This document shows positions 40,926 to 53,139 of a stretch of DNA of 64,000 bases, in pieces. The notes below the pieces were generated by a model, which saw only the letters and a program-made list of their open reading frames with translations, searched no databases and was not told the DNA's origin. The number at the start of each line of letters is the position of its first letter. Position 1 is the first letter of the stretch. Origin of the DNA: Octopus bimaculoides. Lineage: Eukaryota. The stretch spans positions 80,860,752 through 80,924,751 of the forward strand of contig NC_068987.1 of assembly GCF_001194135.2 (NCBI RefSeq), written 5' to 3'. Position numbers and translations under genes: made by a program.

Positions 40926-42735
40926 ATGAGAGAGAATGAGAGAGAGAAATAATGAAATGCACAGACATAGACACAAATAAATACAGAAATAAAAGTTAGT
41001 TCAAAAATTCTGAGTTTTCTTACAGGTAGAGATTACCAAATCTTTACAAATTTCATATTGCACTAATCAAATTAAATCCCATCACAATGACAGAAGCAAT
41101 TTATAAATGATACAAGTTTCTCATACGAACATACACAATAATCTTAGACAATTAATCACAGCTTTCTGTCTATCATTAGGAAAGAGACTATACCAACCTA
41201 ATTAGGCAAAAAGAAAAGTCTTAAATTACTGTTGCCATTTTCATAACATTTATTTAACAATTCTTTTCTTTGGCACATTCCATTTTCATCTTTAGTTACC
41301 ATTTACTCTGACCAATATTTGAAGATGGAGATGAATCAAAAGTATTCTTGATTCCGAATACATCATACATACTATGGCAGTAAGTCCGTCCATTCACTCA
41401 TTCCTGTACAATATTAAATTATAGAGAAAAATATCTAATCAGTTGTGCTTTTATCTGTTTGTTTGTTCTTTAGCAATATCTCTCTAATTTTTTATAAGAA
41501 GTTTTTTTCCACAACAATAAATTAGAGAAAACAAATGGAGAAAACAGACTAATTTTGGATATTTTCCGTTTCTAGAAACCTAGACAACATTCAGCTAACA
41601 TAATTTTTTTTCTCTTCCCCAGAAGATAATGTTTAATTGATCAAAAATATCTGCTTTCCTGACAAATATCAAAATATATCTAACAAGTAACAGTTGCTTA
41701 CACAGACAACTAATAAATAAATGAAATTAACATTCATTGAGAAGACTACAGAAGATATAAATATTACAAATGTAATATTTGAAAATGTAGCTAAAGCAAA
41801 TTCACTTGACATCTATGGTGATAAAATGAAGCAGCTAGAAATATAATCACATATGGTCAGAAACAGGCATACAACTATGAAAAACCACACATGGCCATAA
41901 TCTATATTTTACCGAGAAACACCTAACTTATGGTACAATCGGAACAATATGATAACAGTTGGAAAGCATACCTATAAATAACCAGGTAAATAATGGCTTA
42001 GGGCCAAAACAGAAAGAGATGTAACGACTATATTTTTCTTTAATTAACAGACATTGTGTGCAAATTTCATTTCCTCATAACACTTCCAATAGAGCAAAAC
42101 ATTCAATATATTTATTTTTATTCCCACTTTGTGTTAAATTAAGAATCTATTCGTATGAAGAACATGATGTTTTATACATTGAAAATACTTTAAATATCTA
42201 TGTGGTCTTTACTTCCAAACAAATAAAATAACATTTCAAATAAAACGTAATATAAATTCAAAGGAGTGGAAATTTAACAGAGCAATTTATATGGAAAGAA
42301 TAAAAAGGCAGTTGAATAGCAGAATTATTGGAGTATCAAACAATTGCCTTGTGGTATTATTCCGGCTCTTTTGTGTTCTGAGTTCATATTCTGGCCAAGG
42401 TCAACTTTGCCTTTCATCTTTCTGGGGTTGATGAAATAAAGTATTTGCATAGAAGTTGATTAATCTCTCTCTCTCTTTCTCTCTGCTGTACTGTATGAAT
42501 GAAATAAGGGACCATTCAAAAAACCCCTGTAAAGCAACCACTTCCACTTTATCACACTGGAAGAACATGATTACCAAAGCTTTGACAGAAGGTTCAGTTC
42601 CATTGTGCTGCACCATGGCCAAGAGTCTTCTACTACAGCCTGGGCAAACCAACGCCTTGTGAGTGAATTTGGCAGGTTCATTGTGAATGTATGTTTGTGT
42701 GTGTGTGTGTGTGTGTGTATTACAACAAAATTTTA

Positions 42736-42801
42736 TATAGAGTCCTCTAAGGTTTTGCACCCACAAAGCCGAGCCTTGTGGACAGCTCATCAGACTCTAT
42801 A
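42736..42801 (-). ncRNA. Type I hammerhead-like motif (degenerate) downstream of a Penelope GIY-YIG ORF
   Basis: Minus strand: TATAGAGT-CTGATGA-GC TGTCCACAAGG CTCGG CTTTGTGGGT GC-AAAA-CCT TAG AGG-ACTCTATA. It has a perfect 8-bp stem I, an intact CUGAUGA, a long stem II and a stem III hairpin. GAAA reads AAAA and the UH site is missing. Confidence 0.7.
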
Positions 42802-42938
42802 AGAATACAAAATTTTAAAATATCTATGTCGCAGATGTGAGGAAATACTCAGAACTCAAGGAATACAAAAAAACGTTAACGAGTATGGGTTATTTCCCCT
42901 TAATCTGAGGAGGAAAATCTTGATAGACTCAGAGAGGC

Positions 42939-43292
42939 CTAATGAGCAAATGGGGAGATCCAGTTTTCTAGTAAGTAGTGCTTGAAGTGGATATACTTAG
43001 AAAACACTTCTTTACTGCTGTTTAATGTGCCAGGCTTCTTATAGTCTTTAAGAATTTTGGTTCTCTCCATGATGCAGATTTTGCAACAGCCACTTTCATT
43101 AATATACGGGCCTGGATAATCAATTAATTTCCACCTGACATCACACAAGGTCCCTTGATCTTTGAGATGCCACACATATATATATACATGGTAAATGCTT
43201 TTATTTTTCATTACCTTCAAAATTGCTCTTAACTGTGGTTTGGACTTTTTGACTGTTCTTTCTAGTATGTTAGGCAACCTGTTAAGGCTCAC
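42939..43292 (-). mobile_element. Penelope-like element, C-terminal GIY-YIG endonuclease remnant
   Basis: YVWHLKDQGTLCDVRWKLIDYPGPYINESGCCKICIMERTKILKDYKKPGTLNSSKEVFSKYIHFKHYLL matches the PLE C-terminal pattern YIW.LK...I.W.I.....Y......C.LC..EK..I......LN.R.E+.S.C.H...+LL. Confidence 0.8.
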
Positions 43293-44040
43293 CTCTTTGT
43301 ACTTAAATGTACACTAATTTATATATATATATATATAGATAGATAGATAGATAGACAGACGGACGGACGGATGGACAGGCAGACAGACAGATAGATATGT
43401 CAGTGTCTTTGTGTCTGTGTTTGTACCCCACACTGCTTGACAACCTGTGTTGGTTTGTTTATGTAACTTAACAGTTTGGCTAAAAAACAACCAATAAGTA
43501 CCAAAGATGAAAAAAATAGGTACTGGGGTCATTTTGTTCAACTAAAACCCTTCCAGGCAGTGCACCAGCATGGCCACAGTCCAATGAATGAAACAAATAA
43601 AAGATAAATGATCCAAATTTGAAATTTTGGGGGGTTTTTAAGCAAATGGTGCATAAGTGGATGTTTTATTTACCTTGAACTGTCTAACCACAAGATAAAG
43701 GAATTACACATTTTTCAGCTAGAGAGATCAAATAAATAATGAACATTTGTCTGACAACAAAGTGCAATATACCTGTGGAGGTAACATAAACCAAAACCTA
43801 TGCATTTTGTAATAAGTATACTTCTGCTAAAAGCAATTCATGAAGCAGAACATAGGCTGTATCCTTTCTTTTCTACTATAGGCACAAGGCCTGAAATTTT
43901 GGGGGAGGGGGATAGTCGATTACATAGACCCCAGTGTTTCACTGGTACTTAATTCACTGACTCTGAAAGGATGAAAGGCAAAGTCAACCTTGCTGTAATC
44001 TGAACTCAGAATGTAAAGCCAGATGAAATACTGCTAAGAC

Positions 44041-44447
44041 GTAGGAGTGGCTGTGTGGTAAGTAGCTTGCTTACCAACCACATGGTTCCGGGTTCAGTCC
44101 CACAGCGTGGCACCTTGGGCAAGTGTCTTCTGCTATAGCCTCGGGCTGACCAAAGCCTTGTGAGTGGATTTGGTAGACGGAAACTGAAAGAAGCCCGTTG
44201 TGTATATGTATATATATGTGTGTGTCTGTATATATCTTTGTGTGTCTGTGTTTGTCCCCCAACATCGCTTGACAACCGATGTTGGTGTGTTTACGTCCCC
44301 GTAACTTAACGGTTCGGCAAAAGATATCGATACAATAAGTACTAGGCTTATAAAGAATAAGTCCTGGAGTCGAATTGCTCGACTAAAAGGCGGTGCTCCA
44401 GCATGGCCACAGTCAAATGACTGAAACAAGTAAAAGAGTAAAAAGAG
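44041..44447 (+). mobile_element. Full-length tRNA-derived SINE, family A1 (working name)
   Basis: A-box TGGCTGTGTGG, B-box GGTTCAGTCCC, a (TA/TG)n linker and an (AGTAAAAG)n tail. Other copies or halves lie at about 1531-1790(-), 2302-2464(-), 8462-9205(+), 26575-26780(+), 28347-28590(-), 37396-37830(+), 57400-57770(-), 59915-60315(+) and 62875-63030(+). Confidence 0.9.
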
Positions 44448-45011
44448 TAAGCATTTCGCCCGGCATGCTAACGATTCTGCCAGCTCGCTGCCTTGCATGG
44501 GCTGTATCTTTATGTAAAGGACACTTCTTAACATCTTTTATTAATGTTCTGTGTGCATAGGTTGGATGGGTGTTGTAGTGTCTTGCCACCCACCATGACC
44601 CTTCATCGTCTTGTACATATAGCAGAAGAGAAGAATCAATCATAATTTTCTGTATGCCATATTTTATTTTATTAAATATTTAAGACAGATTGATGCCTGT
44701 CTTGTCAAAATCACTCTACATTGTGCATTTGGTGCATTTCATCGAGCAATGGATACCATTGAAGAGGTCAGTAGCACAGCTAAAGAGTCCTGCCTACCAT
44801 ACACCAGTGTTCACATTTACTGTTACCCTGATCAGGTTGCTTGTGCTAAGGCTTGAAGATACTTCGTCCCTTTTGTTTATCCCATTTTAAATGGTGGTGG
44901 TGATAGGGGAACGTTTTTTTTTTTTCGTTTTTTTATAGCTAAATATTCATTCTATTATCAAATACTTTAGAGCATGAACTCGGATTGGATACCCTGCAAG
45001 TTCATAATTAA

Positions 45012-45177
45012 CCCTTTAGCATTTAAACCAGTTATATCTTGCCCAAATATTCTACTTATTTTTATGTTCAAACTGGTCAGATCAGGCTTCTCAGACCTAC
45101 TCTATAATGTCATTCTAGAAATAAACAACCAAAATTTTAAGCATTACATTTGGCAGAATAATCTGAATGCTAAAGAG
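45012..45177. mobile_element. Second piggyBac-like MITE family
   Basis: TTAA|CCCTTTAGCATT ... AATGCTAAAGAG|TGAA. Confidence 0.7.
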
Positions 45178-46531
45178 TGAAAAATCATCCTAGACTCTAA
45201 TCTCCAAATCTCTTTTTAGTAATAATAAAAGGTTATTTTCTTAGGATATCAATCTTCATATTTTATGGTAGCATAATATAAAGTTACTTGTTTAAGTGAT
45301 TTTTTGCTGAAATGTTACTTAGACTTGAGTGATTGTCACCATCCAATGAAATCAAACGACAGCTGGCTTCGCAGAATGATTATCCTGCACAGGCAATCAA
45401 CTGTTTTCCTGATTTAATTATTCACAATTAATTTCCTCTATTTCTTCATAAGAATTAATATCTACCAGTCAAGTTGTTAACTTATAGTTACAATACATTT
45501 CCTCAAGCCTTCTACTCTTTCAAAAAGGAACTTGTAATAATCAAGCTATCTCTTATCCGATGACAAAGCATTCAGAAAATTGCTCAGTAAATTCATTGAG
45601 TAAACTTATCCAATAAACTGTTGTAAATAACCTATGGTTGTTTCACCCATCTCAAAATGCTGTTCAATTTCAGTCTCTTCAGCACTTATCATTGATACAT
45701 ATCCTCCTTTAAACCAGCTTACAACATTTTCTTTCAATAGCATTTTGTACTGAATATCACTGTTCAACTTTCTCTATTCTCCTTTAATGGATTCTGTTGT
45801 CTATGATTTCCTGAAGAACCCATTTACATCCACAATAGATTTGAAGATAATAATGAATGCCAACTCACTTAAAACCAGTTAAACATAGCTCTGTCCTTGG
45901 TAGATACCTAAACAGGTCAGAGACCAAGCTTCTCTCTTTAAATGTGATAGATCAATATTAAAATGATACAAGAAAACCAAAATCATGCCATTTAACAGAA
46001 TAACAATCAGACTGGTAATTACTTCTAACATCGTCAAGTTGGGAAGGATAATTTTATTTCCTAAGAACAGCAGATTCAAAGTATGATTATATGTTGTTCA
46101 GAAAGAAATCTGAATGGCAGACAAGATGGCATCATCAATTGTACACCTGCAGCATTAAGCACAGTGAGAGAATTAACTAAAGACTACGATAGAGTGTGAG
46201 GTGAGTAGCTTTATTGAAGCTGATCCTTGCTATCAGCCAATTAGATAACCATTCCTACTTTATTTTTAATACCATTATTATAAATAAAGTATTGAAGTAA
46301 TAAATTATTGACAGGAAAGGATCAAGAATGAAATATTTTTCAATCTCATTAAAAGGTTTGTGTTTTACACACTTTTGAATTTTCTATTCAAATTAGATTT
46401 AAAAAATATCTCACTAGCAAAAAAGAATGTCAAAATCAATTTAAGGAAAGAAAAGAAATATATATAATACACAAACACAGATATATATNNNNNNNNNNNN
46501 NNNNNNNNNNNNNNNNNNNNNNNNNNNNNNN

Positions 46532-46562
<31 letters not shown>

Positions 46563-48124
46563 GCATGTATGTATGTATGTATACACACACACAGAGAAAG
46601 AGAGGAGTGAGAGAGAGCGAGAATCAAACATGAAATAATTAATATTCATCGGAGATTTGTGAAAATGGAAAATAATATTAAATTAAGAATGCAAGTATAA
46701 TGAAACCTTTCAGGAGCATGTAATAAGACAGAACACCTGCTGGTGGGACACGATAGTTCATTAAATAAAGTTATAGAAGCAATTCAGTACAATCCATATT
46801 GTAATGATTAAAATGTCTGAAACATAAAGTTGTAAAATATATAAACCTTTCATTGCACTGTCTCCACACAAATCCATGCATCAATGGCCATAATTAACCC
46901 CTGCATCCACAGAGCCTTCAAGAGCATGGAACGAAGATTGCACTGACTGCTTTAATCATTATTAAATGTATATGACTTTATTCAAAACCTATGTTATGTT
47001 TGTACTCTTGTAATTAAGACCAGAAAGGAAAATTTGAACATCATCATCATCATATTTAAGGTCATCATCCAACTTGTGCAGGACTAAGTTGGATGACACT
47101 TGTTGAAACAGTGTTTTACAGCTGGATGCTCTCACTGTCACCAAACCTGACTTGTTTCCAATTAAGGCACTTATGCTTTCAGTTTTTCAACAGACTGCTC
47201 AACAGCTAGACATTTTTTTTTTTGTTTTATAGATGTAAATAATTCTTTCTATTTTTGGAACAAAGTCAATTACAACAGCCCCAGTTCTGAACTAATTCTT
47301 ATTTCATTGACCTTCAAATACCGAAAGGTAAAGTTGACCATACCAGCATTTGAACTCAGAATACAAAGTGCCAGAAGAAATGTTGCTAAGCTCTAATAAC
47401 TCTGTCAGCTTGCCAACTTGACAGCAAATATAAATAATGGCACCATTTATCATAAACAATGTCAAAACACAAACACACACACACACACACACACGTGGAT
47501 ACTCTGTGATTATCTTTCACCATCTTAGAAAAGAGTGGCAACCGAAACTTAATGAGTCATTTCTACAATGAAACTCGTTAATTTGATTCACATTTGAAGC
47601 TGCAAAAAGCAATGCAATCTAATCATGGATCTAATCAAACACTGAAACAAAAGAAATGGAGATGATTATCATGTGTACATCATCATCATCATCATCATCC
47701 TCATCATTTTAATGCCCATATTTCTCACAATTGCATGGGCTGCACAAAGTTTGTTCAAGCAGAAAGGTACCCTTTTTGTCACCAACTCTTACCAGTTTCC
47801 ATGCAAGGTAATATTTCCTTATGGCCAGACAGGTTTATGCAGAGCAGTGGAAATGAAGGATTCTGGTTGTATAACAGTAACATTCATTTACAACCATCCT
47901 TCAACAATGTCAAGACAAAGACACACACACACACACACAATGGGCTTCTTTTATTTTCCATCGAATAAATCCACTCACAAGGCTTTGGTCTTCTACAATA
48001 GGAGACAATTGTCCAAAGTGTCACACAAGACTGAGCCTAGAACCATAAAATCGGGAAGCAAGTTTCTGAACCACGCAACTAAGCAAGTGCCTTTACACAC
48101 ACACACACACACATACATATTTAT

Positions 48125-48230
<106 letters not shown>

Positions 48231-51200
48231 CAATGTATACCACTGATTACCAACACACTAATAATAATTTTCTAAAATTTCACTTGAAACTGAAATTATT
48301 TTGGCAATGACAAGGCATAAGGATATTTTTCTAAGGAGGAAATATATTTAACAAAAACCCAATTTGTTACTTATTTTACCAACCCTGGCCAAAGTCAACC
48401 ATAGTAAAAATTGAATTCAATTTAGTATCATGCTGAACTGAGGAAGATAATACATTATATTCCTAATGTTTCAACCAACTTAATTAGCCTTCTTAATTTT
48501 TTTAGTTGGAAATTTTCCCAACTACATCTAAGTATATAAATGTGTCTCTATCTTGCATTCTAATCCTCTTTACAATGACCTAGATAAGTTAAGCAGTTGT
48601 TTATTTCTTTTTTCTTTCTTTTTTTTCTTTTCTTTTTTTTTTCAAATATATAACCACAGATGTTTCTCTGACTGAAATATCTGATCTCCCAACATATTTT
48701 CTTAACCTTTTCAATAACAACCTACCTAAGACCACCTCTGGCTCTATGACACAAATACTTCAATTACATGCAAGAACCTTTTGTTATGTTCCAAACACCA
48801 TCTTAATAAGGAATAAACCAGTTGTTGTCTCATCAAATCTCTTGAAAATTTTGATTATTTTCAAAATTAATTAGAATACAAGGAGAGTGTATTTCATTAG
48901 ACATATGTAATAAGTGATTTTAAAAATTATTCGTAAATCTCTTCTCAACTGTAGGAGGCATCCTCAACAATGCAGCATTAAGTAGTTCTAACTAATCTAT
49001 CGCTGCTTGTTATTAAAATATTAATAGAATAAGCATTGAAATGATTGCCAATTTTTCGAATCTCTGAAAAGACACAATAATGAAAAAAAAAAAAAAATTC
49101 CTCTTAAGTATCAGATCTAAATATTGTTACTACTTAGGTTTACATTCAATTTTAATTTGTCCACTTAAAAAGACTTTTTCAGTTACAAACAATAACTCAG
49201 ATGTTGCCAATTATTATCAAAGAACATTACTCTTCTTTAAAAGGTCTCTTCAATTTTCAATGACAAAGTTGCCATCAAAAATACAAATACAGCCTACAAC
49301 ACTGTAAATCAATAAGTTCAGTTTCAATTCTAATTATCAGAGCAGTTACAAAAATCACACCTTCAATTTTAGAACAACATAATTTATTGACACATAAATT
49401 ATCAACACATAAATTATTAATGCAATTAAGTGAACACTTTTGCATGTGTTTCTTTTTTGTTTTTGTTTTTTTTTTCTTCATATCTGTACTCAACACAAAT
49501 ATTATACAATTACTAATTCTAACAAACCTGAAGCAAGAGTTATTAATACTAATGAATCATTTCTCTATTTTCACCCTTTTTTTTTTGTCTTTTTTGTTTT
49601 GCTTTTAAATTCTTTTTAGAAAAATATGATTAACCTTCAAAGTAGCATTAAACAAATTAGAATTCAAAAATTAGCGATTAGCTTTCAACATATATATTGT
49701 CTACATTTAATCTTAATCAGTGCAGTATCTTAATTTAGCTACGAACTAGTAAGCTAGTATTTACCATCTCCACTGGCACTGCCAGACTCAATTCATCTAT
49801 TAAATTAAAGAATTGTACATTAAATCTGTAAATCTCTAATTGGTACTTTGCTACAGGGAATTAATTGTAAACTGGATTGGAATATCAGTTCTAGATTTTC
49901 TTTATGAGTTTGCACTAATGACTCCCTTCTGATGTTGTCTTCATTAAGATCAAACAACATTGAGCATACATCATAAAAGCTTTGCTGTATTTTTACATTT
50001 CAATGTAGCAGATTCTGTTTCTTCAGTTACACTGAAAAAAGGTTGATGCCTTTGCACTTTTCTGTAATAAAGGACATTTTAAATGAAATATCAGTTTTAA
50101 GCTTTTGGCTCTATCATCATCATCATCATTTAACGTCAGCTTTCCATGCTACCATGGGTTGGATGATTTGACTGAGGACTAGCAAGCCAGAAGGCTGCAC
50201 CAGGCTCCAATCCGATCTGGCAGAGTTTCTACAGCTGGATGCCCTTCCTAACGCCAACCACTCTGAGAGTGTAGTGGGTGCTTTTACGTGCCACTGGCAC
50301 GAAGGCCAGTCAGGCAATACTGGCAACAGCCACGCTCAAAATGGTGTTTTTTTTATGTGCCACCTGCACGGGAGCTAGTCCAGCGGCACTGGTAATGACC
50401 TCGCGCGAATGATTTTCTAATGTGCCACCAGCACAAGTACTAGAAGGCAACGCTGGTAACGATTACGCTCAAATGGTGCTATTTACGGGCCACTAGCACA
50501 GAAGCCAGACAGCTGCTCTGGCAGTGAACACGCTCAGACAGTGCTGTTAGTGCTCCACTGGCGCAGATGCCAGTCATCGAGTATGGTTCAATTACAATGC
50601 TTGTGCCTCTCCGAGAGAGAGAGAGAGGGCTCTATGACTCAAATAAAATTTTCAGTTAGTATGCATCATTATCATCATCACCATCATTGCTTTAACATCA
50701 ACTATTTCATGCTCGCATGGGCCAGACCGAATTTGTTGAAACAGATTTTCTACAACCAAGTGCCCTTCCATCTGACAGCCCTCACTTGTTTCTAAGCTAA
50801 GTAATATTACCCCATAGCCAGACATGTTTTTCCCAGAAAACTAGAAATGAACAAGTTTGCTTACATGACACTGATTCTTATTTACAACCATCATGTGATG
50901 TCTAGACAAGAGTACATGCAAACATATTTACTCACATACGTACATATATGTATGTGTGCATATATGTAAAAAGCATTAGTGATGGTGGCATGTAAACAGC
51001 ACTGGTGCCACATAAAAAGCACTGGCACTGGTTCTACATAGAAAGCAATGGCACCGGTGCCATGTAAAATGCACCCAGTATGCTCTGTAAAGAGGTTGAT
51101 ATGAAGAAGGGCATTCAGCTACAGAAACTATGGAGCCTGGTGCAGCTCCTGATGTTGCCAGATTCTGTCAAACCGTCAAACTCATGTCAGGATGGAAAAC

Positions 51201-51347
51201 AGATGTTAAACGACGGTGATGATGAACAGCATAAAACTGAAGAACTACCAAAGCTAATGGAGACAGAAAATCAGCAGCATGAAACACATGCCTATATATA
51301 TACATATATATACACACACACACACACACACAGATATATATATATAT

Positions 51348-51348
<1 letters not shown>

Positions 51349-51380
<32 letters not shown>

Positions 51381-52615
51381 GTTTAACGTCTGCTTTCCAT
51401 GCTAGCATGGGTTGGACGATTTGACTGAGGACTGGTGAAACCAGATGGCAACACCAGGCTCCAATCTAAATTTGGCAGAGTTTCTACAGCTGGATGCCCT
51501 TCCTAACGCCAACCACTCAGAGTGTAGTAGGTGCTTNNNNNNNNNNNNNNNNNNNNNNNNNNNNNNNNNNNNNNNNNNNNNNNNNNNNNNNNNNNNNNNN
51601 NNNNNNNNNNNNNNNNNNNNNNNNNNNNNNNNNNNNNNNNNNNNNNNNNNNNNNNNNNNNNNNNNNNNNNNNNNNNNNNNNNNNNNNNNNNNNNNNNNNN
51701 NNNNNNNNNNNNNNNNNNNNNNNNNNNNNNNNNNNNNNNNNNNNNNNNNNNNNNNNNNNNNNNNNNNNNNNNNNNNNNNNNNNNNNNNNNNNNNNNNNNN
51801 NNNNNNNNNNNNNNNNNNNNNNNNNNNNNNNNNNNNNNNNNNNNNNNNNNNNNNNNNNNNNNNNNNNNNNNNNNNNNNNNNNNNNNNNNNNNNNNNNNNN
51901 NNNNNNNNNNNNNNNNNNNNNNNNNNNNNNNNNNNNNNNNNNNNNNNNNNNNNNNNNNNNNNNNNNNNNNNNNNNNNNNNNNNNNNNNNNNNNNNNNNNN
52001 NNNNNNNNNNNNNNNNNNNNNNNNNNNNNNNNNNNNNNNNNNNNNNNNNNNNNNNNNNNNNNNNNNNNNNNNNNNNNNNNNNNNNNNNNNNNNNNNNNNN
52101 NNNNNNNNNNNNNNNNNNNNNNNNNNNNNNNNNNNNNNNNNNNNNNNNNNNNNNNNNNNNNNNNNNNNNNNNNNNNNNNNNNNNNNNNNNNNNNNNNNNN
52201 NNNNNNNNNNNNNNNNNNNNNNNNNNNNNNNNNNNNNNNNNNNNNNNNNNNGCACCCATCCCCACTACTAACTTGGTCGCCCAGATAGTGGAAGCTATCG
52301 ACTACCTCTAGTTTTTCACCCTGGAATGAGATAGAAGTTGTTTCCTGTTTGTTTACAGTCTTTGTTGCACCTGAACATCTGCCACATACAAAAACTAACT
52401 TCCTAGTTAACCTGCCTTTGATGTTGCTGCACCTCTTATATGTCCATAGCTTGCACCGGGTACATCTTATAGAGTTACTACCTACTCCTTTTCTACATAC
52501 TGAGCAGGGCCATCTACCTGAAGGGGTTTGTGTTTTATCTACCTTCCTACTTATTAGGATTTTGGTTTTAGCTAGGTTGACTCTAAGGCCCTTCAATTCT
52601 AGACCTTGCTTCTAC
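51349..52615 (-). mobile_element. 5'-truncated RTE-clade LINE spanning an N-gap
   Basis: 52252-52615 encodes KQGLELKGLRVNLAKTK...C-rich insert...KLEVVDSFHYLGDQVSSGDG (late RT region). The matching 3' end with its (GAT)n tail lies left of the gap at 51349-51536. Confidence 0.85.
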
Positions 52616-53101
52616 AGTTATATAAAACCAGTGATTTCTATACAAAGAATCTCATTACCTTAATCTGACACACCTGTGTTCAAAGTTATATCTGCACTTG
52701 ACTGAACTACAAACAATTATACAACTCTCACTTCAAACTACCAAAATCTTCCAACAATAACTTTCTATCTGCCCTCACCCTACAAAAATACTTTCTTACT
52801 ATTTTTTTTTTCTGTTCCCCTTCCAATAGATTTACTTCTCAAACTTACATACACCATGCCTAATTATCATTTCACACATAGCTCCAACTACCTCAGAAAA
52901 ACAACATGCCAAAGACTATATAAAACCAAAGGGAATCCAAGGGTAGTACAGTCTGATGAAGATTAACAGAACACAGTTTAGAAGTCACTATCACTCTAGT
53001 ATCTGTAAAGATTAATAATCATGTACGCACTACTAAAAACTATCAAGTAATTCATCAGTTTAATGTTAAATTGTTTTATATCCAACTTGACATATAAAGA
53101 A

Positions 53102-53134
<33 letters not shown>

Positions 53135-53139
53135 AGTGA

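Noticed and set aside
44041-44110. tRNA-like A/B boxes here and at many other sites
   Set aside because: They are SINE heads without a cloverleaf or anticodon arm, so no true tRNA gene was found.
46850-46950. CATTGCACTG / GATTGCACTG resembling a miR-25/92 seed
   Set aside because: They are direct repeats rather than a hairpin, and the 3' part does not match the mature miRNA.
51402-52311. Long ORFs spanning N-runs (also 1691-2344, 28122-28692, 62961-63444)
   Set aside because: They are open only because N codons cannot be stops. The gaps are 1888-2264, 14419-14471, 28190-28346, 40861-40870, 46489-46531, 51537-52251 and 63102-63323.
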